From IMG/VR virus record IMGVR_UViG_3300036660_000031, positions 1-64,000 of that record: a stretch of 64,000 nt of DNA; one strand, given 5' to 3'. How positions within the stretch are numbered: the first letter of the stretch is position 1; each line of letters starts with the position of its first letter. This document shows positions 46,439-56,144 of this stretch, piece by piece. The notes beneath the pieces are model-generated. The model saw only the letters and a program-made list of their open reading frames with translations, searched no databases and was not told the origin of the DNA. The stretch comes from a virus. Lineage: Duplodnaviria > Caudoviricetes. A program made the translations under genes and the position numbers.

Positions 46439-47689
46439 TTATAGACCGTTATTGTTTTTAACGGAAGATAGCACCTGCGAAATATTAGCAGCATTAAACG
46501 AGCCGGGAGTGTCAATACCTTCGTCCACAGCTTTGTGTGAAATCCAAGCATCAGTAAAGAGCTTGGCAGCATTGATCTCTGAACTACGTTGGTAGCTACT
46601 AATTTGTTGACTGTATAGTTGTTTTTGTTTACCAAGTGAACCAGAAACAAACTGACCATCTTCACGTATATCAAGAGTTTGTGCACGTTGAACTTCTTTT
46701 TGTTCATCAAGCAACCTGAGTTGTGCAGGCATCATTTGATTCAAACTATAGACACCAGTATCCAGTTGGTTCTGGGTGATCAAAAGCTGTCGTGGCAATA
46801 TATTGGTAAGCGTGTACTGAGCAGTATTGTTCTGTATAGTCATCTGCTCACTTTGCTTAGGCAGAATCGTATTCAGATTAAACAGACCAGTATTCAATTG
46901 GTTCTGTGTAAGTTCCATCTGTTTAGGCAGAATGTTGGTCAAGCTGTATTGAGCAGTCGCATTCTCAATTGTTTTACCAGCAACATTAGCAGGCAGTACC
47001 ACAGTACGGTTATACAGTTCAGTATCCAGTTGACTCTGATTCAATTCGACTTGCTTAGGCAAGACAGTACCAAGATTGAACAAAGCAGTGTCATTCTGAA
47101 TAGTCAGTTGAGCACTCTGCTTAGGCAAAATGTTAATCAGATTAAAGTCCTGAACTTCTATCTGTTTGAGATTCAAACAATACTGTGCATCTTCATTTGC
47201 CATACGCAGTTTGGTTAAAGCAAACTCTGCCTTCTGGTTCTGAGCACGAATCTGGGCAATAGCCAGTTCAACACCAGCCAACTTCAGTTGTACCTTGCCT
47301 GTAATAGCAGCAATCTGTGAATTTACAGCAGCCCAATAAGCCTGATCACGGCCAAGCAAAAACTGAGTAGCATTGCCCATAGCAACCTGAACCAAAGCAA
47401 TATATGCCTTGGAGTACTCAGCACCTACGATACGACCAGCAGCAAACTCTTCTTTTAAGTGTGCTTTCACACTGGTCATTAGATTGTCAAATGCACCGTC
47501 ACCATTAACCAAACCATTAGTTAGTTCAGCAATGCCAAGCTTGGGGATTTGTTGGTACAACGGGTTGTCAATACCACCCGGCAATTCAAATTCTGGTCCC
47601 GTTACAGGGAATGTAGGAATGACAAAGTTTTCCCCTGCTGTCACTGTAGTCAGCAAGGAGTTAGCGAGAATATCTGCACCACAGGACAT
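46439..47689 (-). CDS. Tail tube-like structural protein (N4 gp54-like) with 22-aa repeats
   Basis: GAFD.LM..V..HL.EEF..GRI.GAEY.KAY N-terminus, FTDAWI C-terminus; syntenic. Confidence 0.75.
   Translation of the reverse strand: MSCGADILANSLLTTVTAGENFVIPTFPVTGPEFELPGGIDNPLYQQIPKLGIAELTNGLVNGDGAFDNLMTSVKAHLKEEFAAGRIVGAEYSKAYIALVQVAMGNATQFLLGRDQAYWAAVNSQIAAITGKVQLKLAGVELAIAQIRAQNQKAEFALTKLRMANEDAQYCLNLKQIEVQDFNLINILPKQSAQLTIQNDTALFNLGTVLPKQVELNQSQLDTELYNRTVVLPANVAGKTIENATAQYSLTNILPKQMELTQNQLNTGLFNLNTILPKQSEQMTIQNNTAQYTLTNILPRQLLITQNQLDTGVYSLNQMMPAQLRLLDEQKEVQRAQTLDIREDGQFVSGSLGKQKQLYSQQISSYQRSSEINAAKLFTDAWISHKAVDEGIDTPGSFNAANISQVLSSVKNNNGL
46708..47143 (-). repeat. About 6.5 tandem 66-bp (22-aa) repeats
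   Basis: NLINILPKQSAQLTIQNDTALF / NLGTVLPKQVELNQSQLDTELY / SLTNILPKQMELTQNQLNTGLF etc. Confidence 0.85.
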
Positions 47690-47709
47690 AAGGAATTCCT
47701 TTTCAATTG

Positions 47710-47732
47710 AAAACGGCCCGATCTACGGGCCG
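47710..47732 (-). terminator. Intrinsic terminator
   Basis: CGGCCCG-5 nt-CGGGCCG with T run on minus strand. Confidence 0.7.
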
Positions 47733-47754
47733 CTTGATGTTACCTCAAAAGAGC

Positions 47755-48486
47755 TTACTTGTTGCCAGCAGCCGCTTGTGCTGAGGCCAATTGAGTCAAC
47801 TCTTCAGTAGTCAACGGAGGTAAAACTTCTAGTGAGAACTCACGCGCCCATGAAGTTTCGATCTTGATCTGACGAGTAATTTTGTCAGTGAAAGTACGGA
47901 TGTTCTGGAACCGACGAGATTCAAGTTCAGTAAAGATGCAATAAGGTACATGGTAACCTTCATCAGAAGCTTCACCGTAAGGGATGTACTTCTTAACAGC
48001 ACCAAGAAATTCATTGGCAACTGTAAAGACTTCACCGGGAAGGTCTTTCTTTTTTGGATCAAGGTTCTGAATACGCAAGCGAACCAATTTCATTTGGCTC
48101 TGTACCATGTGTTCACGAAGAGAAAGTTTCTTCTTTGGGGGAACTGGAACAGGGTCAGCAGTTTCCAAAGGGTTCACTGAAGCAAGTGGATTGGGGGCAA
48201 ACGTCACTTCTTTAGAAGGAGGATTCAATGATTGTTCGTTTGGAGTATTGTCCACAGCTTCATCATCGCCATCAACTTCTTCTTCTGGCTCATTGTCAGC
48301 AATCAGTTTTTCACCAGATTGAGCAGCATTAACTTTCTCACGCAGTTTCTCAAGTTTAATGTTGTTAGAAAACTTCAAGCCCATCAGCTTGGCACGTTGT
48401 TTAAGCAAAGACAACTCATCATCTTGTACGCTTGAGTCAGCTTCATCATTTTGAGTCTCGTTACGAGATTGTTCATTTTCAGTCAT
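47755..48486 (-). CDS. Conserved head-region protein (N4 gp55-like)
   Basis: LKQRAKLMG.KFSNNI..EKLR; KLVRLRIQN.DP.K.DL.GE. Confidence 0.75.
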   Translation of the reverse strand: MTENEQSRNETQNDEADSSVQDDELSLLKQRAKLMGLKFSNNIKLEKLREKVNAAQSGEKLIADNEPEEEVDGDDEAVDNTPNEQSLNPPSKEVTFAPNPLASVNPLETADPVPVPPKKKLSLREHMVQSQMKLVRLRIQNLDPKKKDLPGEVFTVANEFLGAVKKYIPYGEASDEGYHVPYCIFTELESRRFQNIRTFTDKITRQIKIETSWAREFSLEVLPPLTTEELTQLASAQAAAGNK

Positions 48487-48510
48487 AGTAAATACCTGTA
48501 TGGGATAGAG

Positions 48511-48543
48511 AAAAAGGAAGAAGGAGACTAGCTCCTTCTTCCT
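48511..48543 (-). terminator. Intrinsic terminator after capsid gene
   Basis: AGGAAGAAGGAG-5 nt-CTCCTTCTTCCT, T run on minus strand. Confidence 0.8.
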
Positions 48544-48561
48544 ATCTTAACTCACTGTAGA

Positions 48562-49791
48562 TTAAACAGGAGCAACAGCTTTGATCAGTGCAATCCGCTC
48601 TGGGCGGGTAACAAGGATACCGTAGTACCACTTGATTGAACTGAAGCCAGTTTCACCGTAAGGATCATTACGGTCAGCAGTCTCACGGCCCGGCATTTTG
48701 GTCATAACCGTAAACTTGACAGACTTACCATCAGTCTGGAAACCGATAGTCGTAAAGGACTGATCACCAACAACCAACATTGGGAACACGTCATAACGCT
48801 CTTGTCCACCAACAGTTGAAGTACGGAAACCGGGGTTGCTCGTAGCAACTGCACCAGCACCAGCCCAATGGAGCATGTCAGGAACTTGCACGATACGCAA
48901 AGGACCAACAGAACCGATCTCACCGTTCAACGCAGTACCTGCATCAGCGTAATGCTGAATGGCAATAAATGCAGGATTGCCGAACGTGTCCTTGATTTCC
49001 ATAACAGGAGCAGCAAGTTCAGAACCAATGTATGCAATACGGCCAGCACCAATAACTTTGGTGTCGATGTAACGTGAACCAGAAATAACCGTGGTCTGTT
49101 TAGGAGTACGGTTGTCATCCAGCATTGCATTCAAGCGAGTGATGTTGCGGTAGCTGATCACCGAAGCTGGAATTTCAGGAACTGCACCAGCGGCAGGAGT
49201 CACTTGACCAGTAATGGTAGCGTTGGAAGTAGCAGCACCGGCATACAGAACTACACCAGCCGAAGCCAGCAAGTCTTTTTGCAACACATCTTCTGTAACT
49301 TTCGTGGCACCAGTCATCAGTTCACGGCTCAGGTGTTCTTTGAGCATGTCATCACTGTCAAAGTCCATAGACTCTTGAGTGAATTCATAAAAGAAACCAA
49401 ACTTGTGCAACGTGCCTTCACGGGCAAGACGAGTGAAACCAATACGATTCACACGGCCACCGTTCTCAGTCAGAACAGGAAGCTTGCTTGTGATATAGCC
49501 AATGTCCTTAGACGAGCCATACAAATTGCCGTTAGCAATCGTGACACCATTTGCATCAATGCCTTGATCATTGACATTACGATCATCAAGAATAGGAACA
49601 TACTCATAGACCTTAATGGTCTTGCCGTAGTTCTTAGGCATGTTAGTCACTGAAGCCAGTGGCATGAAGAACTGTTCACGGCGTGCCTCGATAAGAGACT
49701 TCCGTAGCCAGTAGAAAGAATTCATTTGATCACTGCTAGCCGAGTCTACACTCGACTTTTGACCAGCGATAGGAGCGTTATAGTTCAACAT
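48562..49791 (-). CDS. Major capsid protein (N4 gp56-like)
   Basis: [50 protein letters not shown]. Confidence 0.95.
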   Translation of the reverse strand: MLNYNAPIAGQKSSVDSASSDQMNSFYWLRKSLIEARREQFFMPLASVTNMPKNYGKTIKVYEYVPILDDRNVNDQGIDANGVTIANGNLYGSSKDIGYITSKLPVLTENGGRVNRIGFTRLAREGTLHKFGFFYEFTQESMDFDSDDMLKEHLSRELMTGATKVTEDVLQKDLLASAGVVLYAGAATSNATITGQVTPAAGAVPEIPASVISYRNITRLNAMLDDNRTPKQTTVISGSRYIDTKVIGAGRIAYIGSELAAPVMEIKDTFGNPAFIAIQHYADAGTALNGEIGSVGPLRIVQVPDMLHWAGAGAVATSNPGFRTSTVGGQERYDVFPMLVVGDQSFTTIGFQTDGKSVKFTVMTKMPGRETADRNDPYGETGFSSIKWYYGILVTRPERIALIKAVAPV

Positions 49792-49803
49792 TTAAATTAG
49801 TCC

Positions 49804-51006
49804 TTATAGGCGGTTTTGCCAATTTTTCAGAAAATCGTCATCACTCAAGTTTTCAAGCTTGGCGACAGGAACAATACGTTTCGGGGTTAGTCGTGTAGAG
49901 GCGGCTGCATTTGCTGCTGCTCCGTTGGTTAAAGACGACTTAGGGGCAGCTACACGGGTAGCTACTGGCGTTATAACTGGAGAATTAGTTTGCTTAGGCG
50001 CATTATGCACAACTTGATTGTTTGTTGCATTTAAATTATTAAATGCACCACGAGTATGTAACTCATTACCAATAGCAATATATGAAGTAATGAACGGTGT
50101 ACCCGCTGGAATCTTTCCCAGAACGGCTTGCCGATTAACTTCAGTCGTAATAATGTCGTAAACGCCATTCTCACGTTGCTGCTGAATCGTTGCCATTGCC
50201 TCTGGAGTCTTCCACAGCTCTTGTTTGCTGGCGTCATCCCAAGATGAGTTAATCAAAGAGATGGTTTCTTTTCCTGCTGGAGTGGACTGTAAGTCTTCCA
50301 ACACTGCACGGAAAGCAATCTCTTGATCTGTCACCTTGTGATTACCTGCTTCATAAGCTGGCTCAACTGACACATCAATATCCAGTGGATCAACACCGGA
50401 ATCTTTAATAAGCTTCTTGAGAGCTTCAGGATTCTTCTTCTCCAAATCAATGTAGAAGGAGAGCTTTGCTTCATCAAGCATCCCATTATTTTCCAACATC
50501 GCAAGAATCTTACGATGTGGTGCAATGTCCTGCATCTTGCGAGTGAAGTTAGCACCCATAGAAGCAAGCTGACGGAGTTCATCCAAACTTTGGATTTCGA
50601 CCGTCTTACCATTGGCTTTAAGTGGCGCAAGCGCCGCTTTATATTGCTCTTCATAATTGATAACAACCGGCTTCTCATCAGTAGCAGGTTTGTCGTCAAC
50701 TAGTTTTTTCTCTTTTGGTTCCTCTTTAACTGGTGGCTTTAAGTCACCATCAGACTCAACAGAAGCTTCTTTATCAGTTTCAGGTTTTTCCTCAGAAGGC
50801 GGTACTTCTGACCCATCCGTAGCTGGAACCTCTACTACTGTATCCCCTTCAACTGTCTCTTCCTCAGTAGGAGTTTCAACAACTTCTTCTTGGGTTTCTT
50901 GGGTTGGAGTTTCAAGTTCTGTTTCGCCAACAGGAGGCTTAACCTCGTCAACTACTACAGCCGGAGGGGGAGCATTCAAGAACTCGTCATCAGTAAGTAC
51001 AGACAT
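49804..51006 (-). CDS. N4 gp57-like protein (acidic N-terminus; often annotated tape measure, possibly scaffold)
   Basis: KANGK, L.SMGANF.RKMQ, IDL....PEA.KKL.KDSG.DPLD. Confidence 0.75.
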   Translation of the reverse strand: MSVLTDDEFLNAPPPAVVVDEVKPPVGETELETPTQETQEEVVETPTEEETVEGDTVVEVPATDGSEVPPSEEKPETDKEASVESDGDLKPPVKEEPKEKKLVDDKPATDEKPVVINYEEQYKAALAPLKANGKTVEIQSLDELRQLASMGANFTRKMQDIAPHRKILAMLENNGMLDEAKLSFYIDLEKKNPEALKKLIKDSGVDPLDIDVSVEPAYEAGNHKVTDQEIAFRAVLEDLQSTPAGKETISLINSSWDDASKQELWKTPEAMATIQQQRENGVYDIITTEVNRQAVLGKIPAGTPFITSYIAIGNELHTRGAFNNLNATNNQVVHNAPKQTNSPVITPVATRVAAPKSSLTNGAAANAAASTRLTPKRIVPVAKLENLSDDDFLKNWQNRL

Positions 51007-51012
51007 GGTTGT

Positions 51013-51366
51013 TTACCCCACATCCACTATTTGATCAGCTTCAGCACGAGCCTCTTCTAACTGGTCATCAAGTTGGCCTATCTGGTCTTCAGCAGCATTG
51101 CCCATCTGAATAAGCACAGATAGGTAACGCTTCAAATGGCCCGAAGCTTGGGCAATAGCCAAAGCATCTTTCTGGTTCTTTTCAGGAATAGCAGGATCAG
51201 CAGAGATTTGTGCATAACGAGCGCACTCATGAAGCATAAAGTTTTCACTAATCACCTTTCGGAAATCTGAATTTTGAGTGAGTCGCTGCACGGCTGCACG
51301 CAACTCAAGGGCTTTTTGAAAACCTACTCGTTGGTTTTCAAGTTGTTCTACGGTGACTTCAGACAT
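51013..51366 (-). CDS. N4 gp58-like protein
   Basis: 117 aa coiled coil between gp57-like and portal. Confidence 0.7.
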   Translation of the reverse strand: MSEVTVEQLENQRVGFQKALELRAAVQRLTQNSDFRKVISENFMLHECARYAQISADPAIPEKNQKDALAIAQASGHLKRYLSVLIQMGNAAEDQIGQLDDQLEEARAEADQIVDVG

Positions 51367-51383
51367 GCTGATTGGTCTTTCAG

Positions 51384-53702
51384 TTAAAGGTTAATAGCAG
51401 GGTTAAGTGCAGGGTCCAGCCTTGGATCAAACTGACCGGAACCAAGGGAATACTGAGGGTCTAGTTCAGCGGCTTGATTACGTTCTAATGAACTTTGTGC
51501 TGGTGCATCATCAAGTTTATCACTAACTCTGTTGAATCCTATTGCAGCAGCTAAATCAGGAGCTACTTCACCCTCTTTCTTAGGTGTAGTGAGTGCCTTA
51601 GTAACCTGCAAGTCTTGATTACCTTTAGCTTGACCCTTCATCTTCTCAAGATCACGAGCATGTTTAGTACCAGTCTCTTGTTCAACAAAGTTCAGATCAA
51701 GAGAATCTTTGTTAGCACGGGACTCTTCAGCTTTAGCAAGATTGAGTTGTGCTTCAGAGTTGATCTTAGCAACCTCTGCACGCTTCTTCTCAATATCAAG
51801 TTTAATCATCTCTAGCTGTTCAGGAGTAGGTTCAGGCGGTTTGTAGTTACGAAGCTTATGAGCTAACTCAGGCATACGCTTTAGTTCTGCAATTTCAGCA
51901 AGCAGACCCAAGGTAACTTCAGTACCAGCATTAGGCCCAACAGTCTGGAGAATAAAACCAAGGTCTTTAGACTTGGAATCATCAATCTCAGCAGTGGAAA
52001 TATCTACTTCAAGATCAAAGTCACCCGGTAAATCTTCACGAAGAATATCAGCAAACTCATCATTGGTGACACGAACAACTTCCTTCTCAGACAAGAAGGC
52101 AGCATTCATCTTGATAATCTTGTAGCCAACATCAGAGATTGCTTTAGCCAATCTACGAAGGATTGCCATTTCACGTTTGGACGAAGCATCCAGTACACCA
52201 CGAATACCGGCAGCTACATCACCATAAGCTTCACCAGAAATACCACCACCAAAAGACTTCACACCAGTAAGTGCCTCAGCTTCTTGGTTCTGGAGGTTCA
52301 GCATTAACAATGCTGACTGTGGCAACTCTGGGTACTTGTGCTCAATCAGTCCAGCTTGAGGACTAACTGTAGGATTGAACTCGTAGTCTTGACCATTTTC
52401 ATACCGACGACGGTTAAGTGGATCAAGCATTCCTTTAGCAAAGCCTTGCTGACCATTAGCAGACCGACCCAACAGATCAATCATTCCACGGGTAACAGCA
52501 CCAAGGATTGCTTGGTTGTCTTCTAGCAATTCAGCATCAGGCTCACCATACATCTCACGTTTGACCGGGAGATACTTGGCAATAACGAATGGCAGTTTTT
52601 TATCTGGGTATGGATTCTCTTCCATACGGATCATGATGTTGCCGATCCAAGTAGCAACAATACTTGTCAGTATGCCCTTGCCATCAATATCGTAGAAACC
52701 CCAATACTCATGGGCCACTACTTTCTTACGTGGGGCATCTTGAAATTGAAAATCTGTAGGAGTCTTAGTAGCAAATTCAGCATCTGATACTGGAGCACCA
52801 TTTGTCCAGTTCACTTTGTCCAGATTAGAGTAGCGATCTTTCTCTGCTTCAAGGTCAGCCTTGCAAGTCTCAAAGGCGACAACAGCAAACTTTGCTTTCT
52901 CTACGTCACCACCACAGGACGGATCAAAGATCACATTCTCTGGGTTCTCAACAGAAACTGTAGGGTGGTTAAAAACAACTTGTTCTACTTCGACTTCCTG
53001 CTCACCATTCTGTACAGCAACTAAAGCTTGACCAGTCTCTTCGTAGTAATTGATTGCTTCCTTGATTAAAGGATCAGCTTTCTCGTCAAACTCACGAGGG
53101 TTTATGGCTTTAACTTCCATGCCTTGCTGAAATGCCATGACCTGTTCTTGACTTTGAAACTCAAAGTACTCATAGACAGGAGCCATTTCCTTAACCATTA
53201 CAGTCTTACGCTTCCAGCCAACACGGAGAACGCATGTACCTTCATCAACAGTTGCACGAACGAAATCATCAATAAGGTTGACCCTATTGAGCTTGGTTCT
53301 GAATTGGTAGTTAAGCAGTATTTCGTTTTGCTTGGCAGACTTGGTATCTTCAAAAGTATTGGGGCTAACCTTGAACAGTTTACTGGTTCCTAAAAACGGT
53401 TCAGTAAGTGCAGAGTAACGCCATTCAGCTTGACGACGAATGAGCTTAGGTTGCACAGAAGAACGACCTTTAACTTTCGTAGGTCGTGCTTTACCTTTGC
53501 AAGCCATCAAATCATTCCATACATTAATCTTCCCAATCTGTGCGCTATGAGCACCTTGGGCCTGCTCCATATCATGCTTGAGTTGAGCAATAGACGGTTC
53601 TTTTTTCCAATCAGTCAGCTTGGCCGATTGATTGGGATCAAGAGGATTGTCACGACTGATAATGTCGTGCTTGGGTGCATGATTAGAAGAGTCGTCGATC
53701 AT
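51384..53702 (-). CDS. Portal protein (N4 gp59-like)
   Basis: [39 protein letters not shown]. Confidence 0.93.
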   Translation of the reverse strand: MIDDSSNHAPKHDIISRDNPLDPNQSAKLTDWKKEPSIAQLKHDMEQAQGAHSAQIGKINVWNDLMACKGKARPTKVKGRSSVQPKLIRRQAEWRYSALTEPFLGTSKLFKVSPNTFEDTKSAKQNEILLNYQFRTKLNRVNLIDDFVRATVDEGTCVLRVGWKRKTVMVKEMAPVYEYFEFQSQEQVMAFQQGMEVKAINPREFDEKADPLIKEAINYYEETGQALVAVQNGEQEVEVEQVVFNHPTVSVENPENVIFDPSCGGDVEKAKFAVVAFETCKADLEAEKDRYSNLDKVNWTNGAPVSDAEFATKTPTDFQFQDAPRKKVVAHEYWGFYDIDGKGILTSIVATWIGNIMIRMEENPYPDKKLPFVIAKYLPVKREMYGEPDAELLEDNQAILGAVTRGMIDLLGRSANGQQGFAKGMLDPLNRRRYENGQDYEFNPTVSPQAGLIEHKYPELPQSALLMLNLQNQEAEALTGVKSFGGGISGEAYGDVAAGIRGVLDASSKREMAILRRLAKAISDVGYKIIKMNAAFLSEKEVVRVTNDEFADILREDLPGDFDLEVDISTAEIDDSKSKDLGFILQTVGPNAGTEVTLGLLAEIAELKRMPELAHKLRNYKPPEPTPEQLEMIKLDIEKKRAEVAKINSEAQLNLAKAEESRANKDSLDLNFVEQETGTKHARDLEKMKGQAKGNQDLQVTKALTTPKKEGEVAPDLAAAIGFNRVSDKLDDAPAQSSLERNQAAELDPQYSLGSGQFDPRLDPALNPAINL

Positions 53703-54192
53703 TTGTTATTTGCTCGTAGTAAAGCTGTCGTTGTCGTTCGCACTGTCCAAGAGTTTCCCTGAATTCAAATACCAAGCTTCGGCCTTCTTCAAGAGTTCTG
53801 TCGAGTTGGGTTGTGTAGTTGGCAAGACGTTCTCGCTGAGAGGCTGTACCTTCGGATTGACGTTTATAAATTGAAGCTCTGGCTTCCGAAGAGCGCAACC
53901 TGTTAGTGTACTCAGACTGCATAGCAGCAAGAGCTTTAGCATGGTTGGCTTTAAGTGTAGTGAATTCATTATCAATCCTTCGACTTTCAGTATTGTGGAA
54001 CTCTTCTTTTTTCGCAATTGCTAGGTTTAGACTAGCAATTGTTTCATCCCTTTTTTTAGCTTCTACATCCCATTTAGCCTGTACTTTAGCAGCACCGTGG
54101 TTGGAACCAAGAAGGTAGACTGACCCTACACTTACTATGAAAGTAAGTACAAGGATAATCAATAGCCAAATATTTCGAGTTAGTGAGAACAT
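53683..54192 (-). CDS. i-spanin (Rz-like)
   Basis: N-terminal TM helix then coiled coil; in lysis cassette. Confidence 0.8.
   Translation of the reverse strand: MFSLTRNIWLLIILVLTFIVSVGSVYLLGSNHGAAKVQAKWDVEAKKRDETIASLNLAIAKKEEFHNTESRRIDNEFTTLKANHAKALAAMQSEYTNRLRSSEARASIYKRQSEGTASQRERLANYTTQLDRTLEEGRSLVFEFRETLGQCERQRQLYYEQITNDRRLF
53706..53942 (-). CDS. o-spanin (Rz1-like lipoprotein) embedded in i-spanin
   Basis: [15 protein letters not shown]|C lipobox, Pro-rich mature part, alternate frame. Confidence 0.75.
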   Translation of the reverse strand: MLKLLLLCSLSTLTGCALRKPELQFINVNPKVQPLSENVLPTTQPNSTELLKKAEAWYLNSGKLLDSANDNDSFTTSK

Positions 54193-54387
54193 TTAAGGCA
54201 GTGTGTGAGGGTCAACTATAGTTTGGAATTGAGCCAAAAACACAATTCCAGCTTCCTGTAGTTTGGTTAATTTACCTCCCGCAATATTACTTGGTTGGTA
54301 GACACGACCAGAATATTGTTTGGCAGGGTTAAATGGAATTGGTGGGCCAACCCACATACCTCCTTGGTAGTTGTCATCAATTGGCAT
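54193..54387 (-). CDS. Small hypothetical protein in lysis cassette
   Basis: 64-aa ORF abutting the i-spanin start. Confidence 0.55.
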   Translation of the reverse strand: MPIDDNYQGGMWVGPPIPFNPAKQYSGRVYQPSNIAGGKLTKLQEAGIVFLAQFQTIVDPHTLP

Positions 54388-54396
54388 AACATCCCT

Positions 54397-54966
54397 TTAA
54401 GTAAAAGTTTCGTAAGCACTCGCCATTTTCCCATGATAGTTGTTATCTTCATAGCCTATTCCGTTGTAGCCCAAAGCAAAACCTCTCCAATCTTTTGTAC
54501 GTATGTCAGAGGCCAGTCCTGCGGACACTACATAACGAACAAACATCTTGAGATGCTCGCCTTCAGATTTGTAGGCAGCATTGACAAAATCTTGTATGGT
54601 ACTAAAACCAACAAGGGGGTAGTTAAACCCCATTACTTGAAACATACCCCAACTAACAGACATAAGTGCAGCATTGCGATCAAGCAAAATTGCACGAGTT
54701 AAACGTTTCTGTTCAGCCTCCCAATTACGCCCATAAAACTTCTTAGTCCATTTCTTGAAAGAAAGATCAGGTGCTTGAAGATCAAATTTACCATTAGTAA
54801 ACTTGTGGAACTTATGACCTTCAAACAAAGTAAGAGGTGAACCATCAGGGTTAAAGCCCCCACGACCACCAGATTCTACTTGAGCTACTGCTTTAATAGC
54901 CGCAACTTCACACTTGAGAAAATCCGCTGACCACTGAAAGTCAGATTCAGTGATATGCGGTTTCAT
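54397..54966 (-). CDS. Endolysin, N-acetylmuramidase (DUF3380 type; N4 gp61-like)
   Basis: AVAQVESGG, LFEGH.F, SWGMFQVMGFN, FALGYNG..Y..N.YH.KM..AY. Confidence 0.9.
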   Translation of the reverse strand: MKPHITESDFQWSADFLKCEVAAIKAVAQVESGGRGGFNPDGSPLTLFEGHKFHKFTNGKFDLQAPDLSFKKWTKKFYGRNWEAEQKRLTRAILLDRNAALMSVSWGMFQVMGFNYPLVGFSTIQDFVNAAYKSEGEHLKMFVRYVVSAGLASDIRTKDWRGFALGYNGIGYEDNNYHGKMASAYETFT

Positions 54967-55232
54967 ACTTTTGCTTCTAACGATTTTGGAGCAACACTTT
55001 TTTGACGCCAAGCACGTAAAGGGATGATGATAAGAATCAAAAACAATTGCAATTTGGATTTACTTGCATCACTCAGAAAAGGTGTTGCAACATTGAACAC
55101 TAAGTCAATGTTATCAAGACCAGTTTGAAGCAAATCAGGTAAAGCAGCAGCAATAATTGCTGCCCAAAAAGTAAAGGTTTTGAGTAAGTTAGGTATGAAG
55201 TGTTTGTCATACCATGCTTTAAGTGTGTTCAT
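54963..55232 (-). CDS. Putative holin
   Basis: 89 aa with two hydrophobic segments, immediately upstream of endolysin. Confidence 0.6.
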   Translation of the reverse strand: MNTLKAWYDKHFIPNLLKTFTFWAAIIAAALPDLLQTGLDNIDLVFNVATPFLSDASKSKLQLFLILIIIPLRAWRQKSVAPKSLEAKV

Positions 55233-55702
55233 AAAACTTCTACATCCATAGTTAGTAAAACAGGAATCGGATACAGCTTATGTACTGGATTGCATTCATA
55301 GTCCAGCACTGTAATTAATACTCCTACGCCCGGTGTTGCAGCAGAAGGTACTTTGACGCTAAGAATTAAAGAATCAGGAGTCCTTCTATTTTGATCATCC
55401 AAAGCTATAGAGTTCATTATCTGAGCGCCTTCTGTTATGTCATAACGTGAACCAGAACTATCGTAAAACATTCTGGAATAAGTGACAGAACAATGACGAT
55501 GCATTTCTCTTTTCACAGTTGCACGAAAAATAACTACATCACCTGCTTTCGTAGGTTTAGATGTGTAGCTAACCATAACAAAAGGTGGACTTCTATCTAG
55601 CGACCATACTATCACTTGAGCCAAAGCACCAAAGATCAAAAAGATTCCTATAAGTATAGTAACAGTAGCTACTCGGTTAATCTTTTGAGTGGGGTTCATC
55701 AT
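55229..55702 (-). CDS. Membrane-anchored hypothetical protein
   Basis: N-terminal TM followed by soluble domain with two Cys. Confidence 0.65.
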   Translation of the reverse strand: MMNPTQKINRVATVTILIGIFLIFGALAQVIVWSLDRSPPFVMVSYTSKPTKAGDVVIFRATVKREMHRHCSVTYSRMFYDSSGSRYDITEGAQIMNSIALDDQNRRTPDSLILSVKVPSAATPGVGVLITVLDYECNPVHKLYPIPVLLTMDVEVL

Positions 55703-56007
55703 TTCGGAGGCCAGCCTTCCATTGGAGGAATACTAATTCCCTCCTGATTATGAATAAAAGATTCAAGCACATAAATACGGCGCATAAACAAAGACTTCTC
55801 TTCTAAAACCCTAGATAAATCTCTTCGTAGACTTGATATTTCCTCCTGTAGTCTATTGCTTAGTGCAATCCTTGCCTCGTTTTCACGTAGCTCAGACTCT
55901 TTTGCTTTTGCATCAATGTGACTCATAAGCCATTTGGCACCACCACCAAGAATAGCAAAGAATGAGCCAAGAGCAGCGATGATTAGTGTGAAATCTGTAG
56001 GAGACAT
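55699..56007 (-). CDS. Putative holin/antiholin-like protein
   Basis: N-terminal TM (LIIAALGSFFAILGGGA) plus coiled coil. Confidence 0.55.
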   Translation of the reverse strand: MSPTDFTLIIAALGSFFAILGGGAKWLMSHIDAKAKESELRENEARIALSNRLQEEISSLRRDLSRVLEEKSLFMRRIYVLESFIHNQEGISIPPMEGWPPK

Positions 56008-56086
56008 TCGTGGGTGTCCTGAAGTCTTCTGCCTTTCGGAGACAGTTAGGGTTAACGTTAATATTTGAATTGTTAAAACGAGCCAA

Positions 56087-56119
56087 AGACTCAGTAACCC
56101 TTTTGAAGTTACTGAGTCT
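56087..56119 (-). terminator. Hairpin after tail appendage gene
   Basis: AGACTCAGTAAC-9 nt-GTTACTGAGTCT. Confidence 0.6.
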
Positions 56120-56144
56120 AAGCTTTTAACCTAACTAGATCAGA

